Source of the DNA: Dudresnaya verticillata | Lineage: Eukaryota | Assembly (NCBI GenBank): GCA_977862235.1 | Contig: OZ374564.1 | Location: 2,294,001 to 2,358,000 of the forward strand | DNA length: 64,000 nucleotides | Direction: 5' to 3' | In this document: piece after piece, positions 49,863 through 60,431 of the stretch | How positions within the stretch are numbered: the stretch's first letter is position 1 | Layout: every line of letters begins with the position of its first letter | Program-made: the position numbers and the translations under genes | Notes under the pieces: generated by a model | The model's input: only the letters and a program-made list of their open reading frames with translations | Told to the model about the DNA's origin: nothing | Database searches by the model: none

Positions 49863-50523
49863 GTGCGACATCAAGACAGACATCAAGAGATGCCGTTGCA
49901 ATCTGATTGCCGGCCTGGAGTGACCTCGATTCCACCCCACATTGCCTGCGGCTTGGCATGGCCAAGAAACATCAAGGGCGCTACCCCAGCTCACGAATTC
50001 ACCAATACAACGAGTGCCTATCTGTCCCGAATCGGGGCGCGAAATATCGGGCGCGCTTGGGAATGGCTTTTTGCATTCAACGGCCGGCTTCTTGCCTTAA
50101 TACTGCCTTTGTTAACCCCTTTCATAAGTATACCTTTCAAACCGCTCTCCAACTCACGGACCATCGGGATAGGAAGCCGACTGTACGCTTGCACCTACGT
50201 ACATTCCGAATCCCCCACGATGTCCTACGAACCGCTGCCTTAAGCGTCCACACGCACTTCGCTCCAGGTCCCGTCTTTCCCCCGCCCTAGCACTGTTACC
50301 CTACGGGCCATCATTACCGCTATCCAGTCGGTTCGGCTCATTTCCGCCCAAGCAGCAACATGCAACAACCTACTCTCGAGAGAAGTTTCCGACAAGTCAG
50401 CCCCAGAGCCGAAACTTATCCGCTTCGTTACGATACCCCGGCCCCTCTGCTCCCCTTTTCTGCCTACCGCCTATGTGCTTGGGCCACCGTTGCCCGAGTA
50501 AGACCATCCTAGACAATAATAAA
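49863..50523 (+). mobile_element. 5'-truncated LINE 3' end related to the 48090-49055 element
   Basis: ALQLTDHRDRKPTVRLHLRTFRIP aligns with ALLHPDFHDRLLAIRWHRCTFPIP; shared UTR motifs ACGATACC, GGGC..GCCCG, GTA(A/G)GACCA; tail CAATAATAAAA. 5' boundary uncertain. Confidence 0.6.
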
Positions 50524-52459
50524 ATGGAACAACGCTTCTGTCTGCATCCCTTCGTCCAGCGTGACAATATGGCTGCAACAAGGAAAGATTCATACCTGAT
50601 AGTAGAGCTAGCCAAGGTCAGAGAAAACTGCGGAGCTTTTTTCACAGGATCTTCGCTTTATTACAGTCCTCCAGAACAGTCGAACTGTCTTAGGCTACAA
50701 CAGATTCTGTGCTTAGTCAGTGCTAGTGCGTCATACTTTCACAGTCAATACCAACTGCGAATGGGCAAGGATGCAATACTGCACAATCGTATTACTCAGG
50801 CTGGGCGTAACAAAGAATCTGACCAGCTGTCTTTCTAACGGCCCCATACTCACAGTAAACACAGAATAATGTAGGCTTAGACTTTTCTTGAATAGCAATG
50901 CCGGAGTACAAGTGGGAAAAACAATCGACACGTCCAAGATACACCTTCTTTCCGCTCAACTTGCCGGCGGACGTCATGACCGGGTTCCCCGGAATTACAT
51001 TCTCAATGGGCGTCATCCACTCCAGTCCGACACGATTCGGGTTTATCAGGACTTCGTAGTTTGTAGTGTCCCGCTGTCCAGCCAAAGACACGACCGAAGC
51101 GTGGTCCTGGCCTTCCTCCTTGAATCCAAACCAGTACTCCCCGTCGATCAGAGCACGAACGACGTCGCGATACATGACCTCCTGTTCCAGCCACTTGTAG
51201 CCACACGTGATGCCATCCGGGTGGCGAACTTGCGGAGTTCCCTTGACCCACTTCAGTGCGAAGTTTGGCGCCTCGGTGTCAGAACGAGCCTGACTCCTGG
51301 TAACGGGCATCTTGGAGGGCAGAGGGGGTAGGGAGAGAAAGCTATCCACGGTAGCAGTTCGAAGACGGAGAAGGGTGGGTGGGAGCGATGGTTCGAAGTG
51401 GAGGGCGTAGGGCAATCGGGGCGCATTTGGCTATGGGGCTTCCTGTGGTTGATTTATAGCGATTTGCAGCCCTCGGGCTCGTCGGGGACGCTCGGCGAAA
51501 TTCCCCGACGAGCCCCGTACGAAATTGGCAAGTATCCCTTTTTTCTCAAAGTTGAGAGGAGGTCCCTAAAGGCGACTAAAACGAAATAGGAAAACTTTGG
51601 TCCGATTCCCAACTCTTCCCGCCTAAGTGTTTCCTGACGAAGTGAAGTTTCCCCCCAAGAAAGTTAAATTATTGGTTAATTGATTGCAAGTACACCAAAG
51701 CGCCCAAGCTTGCAAGTGAATAACGCAAACTTTTGTGAGAGGCACCAGTTCAGGATAAGAGTTCTACAGGTTTCAGTTACCTTCTGGCTATCGAACAGCG
51801 CCCGTCAACTTCTGAGATGCCCGTTTTTGATACTCCTTTCCGCCCAGGTTGCCCTACTCCTCTCAAAGATTCAGATCGTAGACGATGGCGGGTATCGCGA
51901 TGCACTGAGGGTAAGATCCGAACCCTCGTCGCTTGTGTAGAAACATTGGCGTCTTGTTCAATCTACACCCCTTCCCGCTCAGCTATGCTAAGTATGTTAC
52001 TGTCTGATGTGTACTCTTCAGGCGTTACGGTGCTCGGCTTCTTTCGCGAAAGGCCAACTCACTCACCTTGTACACCCCATGCACTCTCACAAACTCCCCT
52101 TCTTCAACACCTGGTTTTGCTCTTTTTGACAATCTGTTGATCTTCCTTTCAAGCAATGAAAGCTGAAACATGCACTAGGCTCATTCGCTATACTCGTCAG
52201 GATCAACGAACTCCCCGTATGGCACCCTTCCCGGATGCAGAAACTCTAAGTTTTTTCGGGTGCTAGATATACAGCGTCGTCGTTTCCAGCTACAACACAG
52301 TGAGAACTCCCTTGTACGCGATCTCCAGAAGCTCGAGCGCCATTCGAATGCAAAGCCCAAGACGTCTTGCGAAGCCGGCGGACCCTTGAATCAAGATGAG
52401 ATGGAGAACTTTTAGGCATAGGGAAGATGACCTTGAATCAAAGAACTTGACGCTCTTAT
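50126..52459. repeat. Right arm of the 2.3-kb inverted duplication
   Basis: Reverse complement of 38407-40693, with a small extra insertion near 52396-52441. Confidence 0.92.
50792..51310 (-). CDS. 172-aa DM9-repeat protein, copy 2
   Basis: Intact paralogue of 39513-40031 with a few substitutions; TATAAAT on the minus strand near 51452-51458. Confidence 0.68.
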   Translation of the reverse strand: MPVTRSQARSDTEAPNFALKWVKGTPQVRHPDGITCGYKWLEQEVMYRDVVRALIDGEYWFGFKEEGQDHASVVSLAGQRDTTNYEVLINPNRVGLEWMTPIENVIPGNPVMTSAGKLSGKKVYLGRVDCFSHLYSGIAIQEKSKPTLFCVYCEYGAVRKTAGQILCYAQPE

Positions 52460-53179
52460 ACAATCCGCTAAGTGGACCCTTTTTTGTTTTGAATCCACGG
52501 CGTCCTTCACGACTCCGACTGGAACTATTAATACATGAGGCACAACCTTTATTTTAACCTTAAAAAGCAAACCTGGGAAAGGGCTAACTACAAGGAAACA
52601 TTGCAAGAGGAGGGGATAGGTTGCGGCGATTCACGATAACTGCACATTGAAGAACGAGCATAGTAAGAGACTATTAAGACATTGGCAATCCATACTGCAG
52701 CTTGGTGCAGTGCAGTTCCAGCGTACAGTGTTGCCCACCGTCTCCGTGTCCTACGGATGCATCTCGGGACCATCCCCATCTACTCCCTCTCCCGTCCGTG
52801 AACTATGCCTATGATCATAATGCCAAGCTCTTTAGCCATCCTCTCCTGACCCATTCCCCGCTTCGTTGAAGACCTTGGATGACTCCACCTGTGCCATCAA
52901 TACTGCAGTTGACAGGAGTTCTACACGGCTAGCTTAGAGCGGTCAGTCTTCTCCGCATTCTAAGAATGCTACAAATATGCGGTGGCAACAAAACCAGCAC
53001 ATCACGTCTAGATGCAAGAGAGAGGACGTTATTCAAAGAAAGACTGAACACTCAATGGGGGCTAAGCATGTTTAGAATTAGCAGTAGTATCCAGTATCTT
53101 GGGATGATTGAATACTACTGAAAGGCTTTGCAGAACTAGCAAAGAACGGCGAGTGAGAAGGATGAGCTTCTCATGGTAC

Positions 53180-53811
53180 CATGGCGTGCGCGTTGAAGTT
53201 GAACATCGTTTCACTTATTCGGATGAGCATGGGCCCCGTAGCTCTGTCCCCAACGCTGCCCGAACACGTGCTGAACGCATACGTGACGAGCGTCATGCTG
53301 CTTCTGGTGGTCCCCCACAGCCTGTTGATCCACGTGACCAACTGCGTATGGATATTTTCGTTGTTGATCGTGGCTTTGCCCCTCATCCCCATGGATTTGA
53401 TGTCTCGGTCGTCAGTCCCCATTCTATTCATGGTTCCACTGGTCGCGTTGCTGGCCGAGCCATTGCAGCTCGCGAACGTGTCAAACGCTCTCATTACCGC
53501 CGCGTATGCGCTAGTTTGGATCTGGTTCTCCATCCTATGGTTGTAGATGTCTATGGCCGTGTTGGATCTGGCTTTGAAGTTGGCGCCCAACGTATTGCTA
53601 ATTTCATTGCCAGCAAGCGCGGGACCTCTCCATCTACGGAGAAACTTCGCCTCACTACTCGTTTACTCTCTTTAGTTCTCCAATGCGTCGCGGTGAGTGT
53701 CAACCGCCGCAAGCTTGGTCCTCCGCCTCTTTATGGTAGCTCTGAATCCTAAGCCCCCTTAAGGGGCTTCTCTCTTGTTCTTTAATAAAGGTCTCCTCTC
53801 TCTCTCTCTCT
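53180..53811 (+). mobile_element. 5'-truncated CRE-like non-LTR retrotransposon (RLE domain and 3' tail)
   Basis: VEVEH..RMDIFVVD..FDVSVVSPH..AARERVKRSHY..LHPMVVDVYG; hairpin GCCCC(C)TTAAGGGGC, AATAAA, (CT)n tail. Confidence 0.8.
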
Positions 53812-54814
53812 AATACATCTATGAATTCTTTCGAACAAGTAAGAAACTGGCTGAGCGCTGTAGATACAAATAAGGGAGAGAGAGCCTTTGTATGCAGAAG
53901 CTGAAGAGGGATGCTAGTTCGCCCCTGGAGCTATAGACCTATAGATGTCCTCTTAAGAAAGGAAAAATTGAAGGCGGTTGATGTCTAAAGATTGATAGCA
54001 CAGTAACTGTAAAATAAAGCGGGCAACAGTCAGCCCACGACTGTCATCAGACAGGCCACTCTGTCTGCCGTAGATTTCAGGCGTGTAAGAAACAATAGCT
54101 CGAAGAAAATGGCTGGCCCGAGATCCCACAGGGCCGTATGTATCTACGCTGATGGCAAAGATGTCAATCCCCTATCGCATCGGGCGCCCTCTTGCACATC
54201 ACCTCGCACGAGGCGCTCGCATCATCCGCCCTCTCCCCCTCCGGGAGCGTCTACAAGTAAACCTTCCGCCATTCCGTTTTGGGTTCCAGAACTCGCCTAG
54301 CCATTTGATACTACGTTTGCGATCGATTAAAGCCTGCTGACTCCGGACTTAGCTACGCGTGTTCGCGTGGCATTCCGGCGGAGCATCCTCTATCGGAGTA
54401 GACACGGTCATTCACACAGCTGCATTAGGAGCCCCCCCTCAATACCATATCAAGTAGTCTACAACCAGAAGCAAGCCTCGCAGTCGACACTGCAAGAGCA
54501 ATGTCACAACACCAAACAACATCCTTCTCATTTCTTTGTACCGACAAAAAACAGCTTGGAATAGTCTTGGAATAGCTGCTGTTCGGGGCAACCTAGACTC
54601 ATTCGAGAAAAGGAAGTTGAACTCCAGCGGAGATGAAAACATTGCACGGCTGTTGACTAGAGGGGAGGGATGGGTATTCTGTTAATGGCGATGTTCTGCG
54701 TTGTGGAAATACTAAAGACATGGTATGTTGGGGACAGCCGAAAGAGATGCTTCCGTGCTCGTATAGATTGCGTTCTTGGAAAGCTCAGGATGGTGGCTTT
54801 GACAGAATAAGGGG

Positions 54815-55700
54815 CATTTTGGCGAACCATGGTTTCTCTTCGGCTCGGTACCCCTTTATTCACGGGTACGACTACCTGTCCCGCTGTGAGGCTGGTAGCC
54901 GGAGTCGTGTTCCTCTCTTGGATCGTTACGGCGACCATGGAACCGTATGTACTGCTCAAGAGGGTGCTACTCGCCACCACAGCATGCTTCGAGATAAGCT
55001 TGTCGAGTTTGTTCGTCCTGTGTGTCGTTCTCATGGGCTGGATGTTCGTATTGAAGCGCCCTTTCCTAACCGGACGCATCCCAATCGTGACCCATACAGC
55101 CTCGATTTGTTCATTGTTGATTCGATTTTTGTTTCATGTCCACAGGCGTTCGACGTTTCCAGCATAAGCCCTCATTCTCATTCAAGCTCGTCTAGCTTTG
55201 CTTCTGGGCAGGCCCTTGCCGCGCGCGAGCGTTCTAAGCGCCGTCACTATCGTAATCATTGTCGTGTTTATGGAATCACCCTTCACCCGTTAGTAATGGA
55301 TATCTACGGTCGAGTTGGAATCAGCTTTCGTTCTGGCCTGCAAACTGTAGCTACCTACTGAGGTAGGATCTTAAGTAGGGAGCATCACAGCACTACACCA
55401 AGCAAATGCACACTGAAACGGAAATAGCTTAGTGGTTTCTTGTTGCTTGGTCCGCCATGGACGTCGTGGGATCGAGTCCCGCGGGTGGGTGCACATGCGA
55501 AGCTGGAGAGTAGTCTACAAAACACTTGCGAACTTTATCGCGGACAATAAAGGCTCGAATCCATCTGTTGAGAAGAATTATCTCCTCACTCGTCTAGTTT
55601 CGTTTGTGCTCCAATATGTAACCCTTACTGTGAACCTTCGACTCCTTCTCAGTGCCCCCAGTCCTTCCTTGTAGTCTCGTCCCCTTACGGGACTCCCTTT
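54815..55700 (+). mobile_element. 5'-truncated CRE-like non-LTR retrotransposon (zinc-knuckle-like motif and RLE), interrupted by a 174-bp element
   Basis: C..LDRYGDHGTVC..RHHSMLRD..IEAP..LDLFI..FDVSSISPH..ERSKRRHY..PLVMDIYG; homologous sequence resumes LANFIADNKG after the insertion. Confidence 0.8.
55346..55519 (+). mobile_element. 174-bp element, copy 2
   Basis: TGTAG...CTACA; 4-bp TSD AAAC. Confidence 0.9.
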
Positions 55701-56483
55701 TACGCCTACGCCGTTAAGGTGATGTCCCCCTGGTCTGTAAGAGTATACTATCACACAGGTTGATGAACACAGGGTCTTCTACAGAGAGGTAGTCACGAAT
55801 TATGTGTCCTTTCTGTTGCTGCACTATATGGTTCTCGGCTTCCGTTGAAAGTCTGCCCGTAAGATACGGTTACGGGCAGCAACCGTATCGAGAAGCAATC
55901 GATTTATTTTTCGTGTCATGTACAGCCTTATATCGGAATGAAAAGGTACTCTGGGGAATAGAGAGTCCTACCGAGCGTCCTACAAAGGATCCACCTGTGC
56001 AAATATCGACGATATTCAGATTGTACTTTGTTACACATCCGAGGATAGCATCCGATAAGCCTATCGGATCGATTGAACTAGTTCAACCCTGGCAGCGCTC
56101 TACGTTAACACTATAGTAGTATTCTAAGCGTATATATGGACGCTTCGAGTATCAGCCCCTGCCAAAATCGGACAAGTTCCGTCCTTTCTCCCGCCCACCT
56201 GCACCCATTTCATTCTTCTTCTGGCTTTCACCATTCAAGTTACCGTCCTTTCTGGTCATGCAGACCTTTGCACACTTTTCCCATACGGCACTTTCCTAGC
56301 ATTACTCATCTCTGAAAGAAGTGCGACTTTACAATAAAGGCAACATTTCCTTTTCACCAGTGTTGTTATCCTCTAGCTATTGACCGCCTACGCCTTGTCT
56401 TCCCTCTTCTACCTGTATTTCACGGGGCGATCTATCGCTCACTTTTTTCGTCTGGATACAAGTTCCCCTCACAACACGGGTCA

Positions 56484-59400
56484 TTAGATTCCCAATTTGC
56501 GCGCCGCCAACGTGAGGAAAACAACAGAGTATAACGAGAACTTGACTGCATGTTGGCGCTGATACAATTGAACTGCGAACCTGTTTTGTCCATCAAACCA
56601 GTCAAATCTCCTGCACAAGCCATGTAGCTTGAAGCGGCGCAGATGACATGAGGCCCTGACTGCCTCCTGGCCCATTAGAATGAGGCTTGCGAAGATGACG
56701 ACTGGAAGCGTTTCTTGAAGTCTGTAACGGCGTTTCACTGAGGGAAACGCTGCCGCAGACTTGAACAGAAGCTCCACAATGAGGACAAAAACGACGAAGA
56801 GAGTGAATATTCCCAAGAGAAGAGCAGGAAAAGTGGTGAATAAAAGTAATTCCTGCCAACCTGGAAAGACAGCAAATGTGCGTTTTGGAAGAAGTTCGAC
56901 ACATATTGAATCTCCAACAACCCACTGCATTACGTGTCGAACCGCTTCAAGGGAGTTAGAGCTAAAGCAAGGGTGTCTGACGATGGCGTCTGGTACCGCG
57001 ACAATACTCTCATTTGAACTCTTCAGCCTCAAGCAATAATCGACGTCCTCTCCTCCACCAATATTCGGGTAACATGTTCGAAAGAGAACATTGTGGTTAG
57101 AACGGCCCCTTGCGCAGAGATTCGCTGTCACAGTCCATGGAGGGTGCCTCATCTGTAATTAAATGCTGTAGAAGTAGGTCACACGTGATTGTACTAGACC
57201 CTTTTGCCAAATTGTAACAGGGTCTGGGAGCAGCATGACTCCAGCTAGGATATCTGCAGCTGGGTTTCTGAAAGTAGCAGCTAGATACGCATCGAGTAGG
57301 TCCTTATTTGGGTTAATATCGTCATCGAGGAATACGATCCAATCCGCAGAGCTTCTCTGGATTCCCGTGTTTCTCGCCACACGAGCCCCAAGGTTGCACG
57401 GATGGACTAGCACCTGACATCTGTAGTTGCCACCAGAGGATATTCCGTCATATTTTCTCAGCAGCTCATTCACTCCTGCGTGCGATGGAATGTCAACAAC
57501 AATCCAAAACTTAACCCTACAGGGCATCGAAACGCGAAGGCTGACAATACTCTCTAATACATTCATTCGGAGACGGTAGGTAGGTACTACCACGTCGATG
57601 CTAGGTAGGACCACGGGACCTACCTTATTGTGCAAAATTGCGAGATAGCCGGAAAGAATCTCGTCCTTGTATCTTATAGCTATTTTCTCGTAACGTGAAG
57701 GACTGTTTCCTCCAACTTTGTTCCGAAGTCTGCATGTCGTATCCAAGAACGATGCCCCTAAACGATCGTAGAGTTCAAAACGAATGGATCACCTCCTTGA
57801 TTCACGAAAGAGTCAGGCAAAACCCTTCCGAAAACGTAAATATGTTCCTTGTGTATCACTGGAAACGTGGGAAAGTTTGGAAATGTGATATCAAAGAACG
57901 CCACACAAGCCATTCCAAACTTCAGATGTACTTCCTTCGATATGCGAACGAAATGGTCTTGCATAGAAATTTGCCAGTTTTTTTGTCTCAAAGACAATGT
58001 CATCGCCAAGCAACACCATGAAATCTTCTCCTTGAGCAGATGCTTGCAAAGCCATTTCGTTCCACATCTTGCAGACATGACCTTTCGGCTGGTGCAAGTT
58101 TACAACCTTAACTTTGAAACCTTCTGAGTACAGAGGGATTGTTTCTTTCTCTCTCTGCATAACCAGGTCATCCTTATCAATACCAATGTAGATTGTAGTG
58201 CGAGACGTATCACCTTCCCTAACTGTGTAACTTAAGGATTCAAAGAGCTGCTTCAGGGAGCTATGATCATAAAAGAGACCCTTCGAACGGATAGGAATGA
58301 GCAAGCCCCATTTGCAAGAGCCACAAATGTCAACATCTGCTAGTTGGCCCGTGTCTTGTGGAATGAAGTTCACTTCATGTGAGCTTCTGAACGAGGGATG
58401 CCTGAAGGCATACCTCATGATATTCAGGGAATCGTTTGAGACCGTATCTTGAAGAATAATCCAACCTGAACGTTTTTCAGTACAATCAATGGTCGCAGCG
58501 AGAGAGGAAAGCATTGCAGAATTATTTCCTATGCTCAAAAAGTTGAGGGTGGCTTCTATTGCTTTGGAAGGTTCCTTAGCTAAATCCTCAACATTGACAT
58601 ATAGGAAGCTTTCCGAGTTTGGAAAGCTATGAATGAGGCTCTCTTCGGCAAGGCGGGAGTCACAGTATGTTTGGAAATCTTCGGGCTTGACTTGGACTTT
58701 CTCTAAAGTGGCCGTTTGTAGATAACCTTTTGTTGAAACTGTAGACTACTCTCCAGCTTCGCACGTGCACATACCCGCGGGACTCGATCCCACGACCTCC
58801 ATGGCGGACCAAGCAAAAAGAAACCACTAAGCTATTGCCGCTTCAGTGTGGCATTGCTTGGTGTAGTGCTGTGATGCTCCCTACTTAAGATCCTACTTCA
58901 GTAGGTATCTACAAAACAAATGATTTCAGGTAGTCTTCTTCTCTCAACACTCTCAACACGATCTTCTTCAAGGATGGATCGAGCACAATTTCCTGCAACA
59001 CATCTTGATTATCATTCCATTCCTCTATATGAGTAGTAAATACAACAGTTCCTGAAGCGGTCCCAAGCACATGTCTTAAGAACTCTAGCGGTCGCTCATC
59101 TCTGGAATCCATGCACCATGGTTTGATGTGACAATTGTAGTCTATAATGATCTGATTCTTGTAGAAGAGCATTCCATGAAGTGTGACCTCAGGATGGCAT
59201 TGCAGCATGTTGGAGAACATTTCCTCCCCTCGAACACTAAGAACAACTACGACGAACTTGCAGGAAGCATTTGATGAATTGCTAAGGAGGAAAGGGGCTC
59301 TTTGGGCAATTGTATATTTGGGCGTAAAGGTATTTTCACTCATCTGGATGCGTGCTTCAAACCTATCGCGGTGGTGACGCTGGAGAGCAAGCTTGCATTT

Positions 59401-60041
59401 CAATTCCTTTATAGTCAGACTTTTGACTATTGCAATCCCATCTCCTGGGAATGCAGAGTTCATTTCATTTCATGATACCATCTCTAGATTGTGAAAATTT
59501 GCACTGAGCACAGCAGTTCTGCGGCATCGCTGCATGAACAAGCAGTACTTGTTGAGCCATAACAAGCCTCCATGAGTAATGAACGTCATAGAATCGATAG
59601 TGCAAATATATATTGGAACCACTTTTTGATTTATTTCTTCATATTTCCTGTCAGAACTCCTGGCAAGACCGTTATCCCTGAGTGCTTTCCATGTTGTGTC
59701 AAAGATGCCCCTTTACAGGTATGAAAAGACTGACCAAGAACAGCGAACTTCGCTGAGCGTCCCGAAGGGGTATCTAGGGTACTGTATATAGTCCACTGAA
59801 TAGTTGTCACCAGGATTGACGCCGACTCAAGATGGTTCGCAAATGCAGGACGCTAATTTGGGTACAGTGCCGAAAATGATGTCAACAACAGTGACTCCCA
59901 ATACGACTCCCGGGCGATACTCCGCAATGCCTTGTACGCTACTCTCGGGGACATCTAGGCTGTACTTAAGGGAGCCGGAAACTCTTCGTAGAGAGTTCCG
60001 CAAGTTCATCCTTTTCCCGCCCTCCCAATGAAAACATTAAT
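56484..60041 (-). pseudogene. Multidomain sulfotransferase-like + two GT-A glycosyltransferase domains (GT2-like) + C-terminal membrane segments, disrupted
   Basis: MLQCHPEVTLHG..DPSLKKIVL..YVNVEDL..TLNFL (sulfotransferase-like); IGIDKDD..MVLLGDDI..FPTFPVIH..NQGGDP; IDVVVPTYR..ARNTGI..IVFLDDDI..VTANL..GGGEDVD. Two frameshifts, several stops and a 174-bp insertion; 5' end cut by the Copia LTR. Confidence 0.78.
58740..58913 (-). mobile_element. 174-bp element, copy 3
   Basis: Reverse orientation; TGTAGA...TCTACA; 4-bp TSD AAAC; removing it plus one TSD restores the host reading frame (KSFV|STKGY). Confidence 0.9.
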
Positions 60042-60317
60042 TGTCCTACGGTCGTATGCATACTGATGCAATCATTCTACAGTCGTATGCATACTGATGA
60101 AATGGATCTACAGTCGTATTAATACTGCAGATACTATTCTACGGTCGTATTCATGCTGACGAACCATGTTTATGTTTTATGTAGTTGTATTCACAATGGT
60201 TCTCAGTGAGCACTTTCTTCTAACTTTAGTCAACGGTCGTTTTACGTTTTAGAGGCAGTCTTCGCCTGCCTATAAGTACCGCCTAGTTCTCTCTTGTTCT
60301 ACCCTCTCAACAGGACA
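60042..60317 (+). repeat. 5' LTR of the Copia element, with four 31-bp tandem repeats (60046-60169)
   Basis: TGTCCT...AGGACA termini; unit core CTAC(G/A)GTCGTAT; TATAAG at 60271. The second LTR is not in the window, so boundaries are inferred. Confidence 0.7.
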
Positions 60318-60431
60318 ACATTTTATCTACACAACACAATCTGATCTACTCTGTTCTGTAAATCTACTGTTCCTCTGATACCGCTGCTACTGCCAACTTG
60401 CTACTGATCCAAATACCATTCCTTTATTGTT

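Noticed and set aside
38407..52459. One giant TIR transposon or Polinton bounded by the 2.3-kb inverted arms
   Set aside because: No TSD or characteristic termini, the arms are clearly diverged, and the interior has no transposase, polymerase or capsid genes.
50524..52459. DM9 gene as an integral part of the LINE 3' UTR
   Set aside because: Comparison with the related LINE at 48090-49055 places the LINE's own 3' end near 50523, so the DM9 gene lies outside it.
59805..60041. Alternative Copia LTR start at TGTCACC (59805)
   Set aside because: This segment continues the minus-strand host reading frame, and TGTCCT at 60042 pairs with AGGACA at 60312-60317.
60046..60169. 31-bp periodic repeats as a CRISPR array
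   Set aside because: Contiguous tandem units without unique spacers, inside a Copia LTR, in a eukaryotic context with no cas genes.
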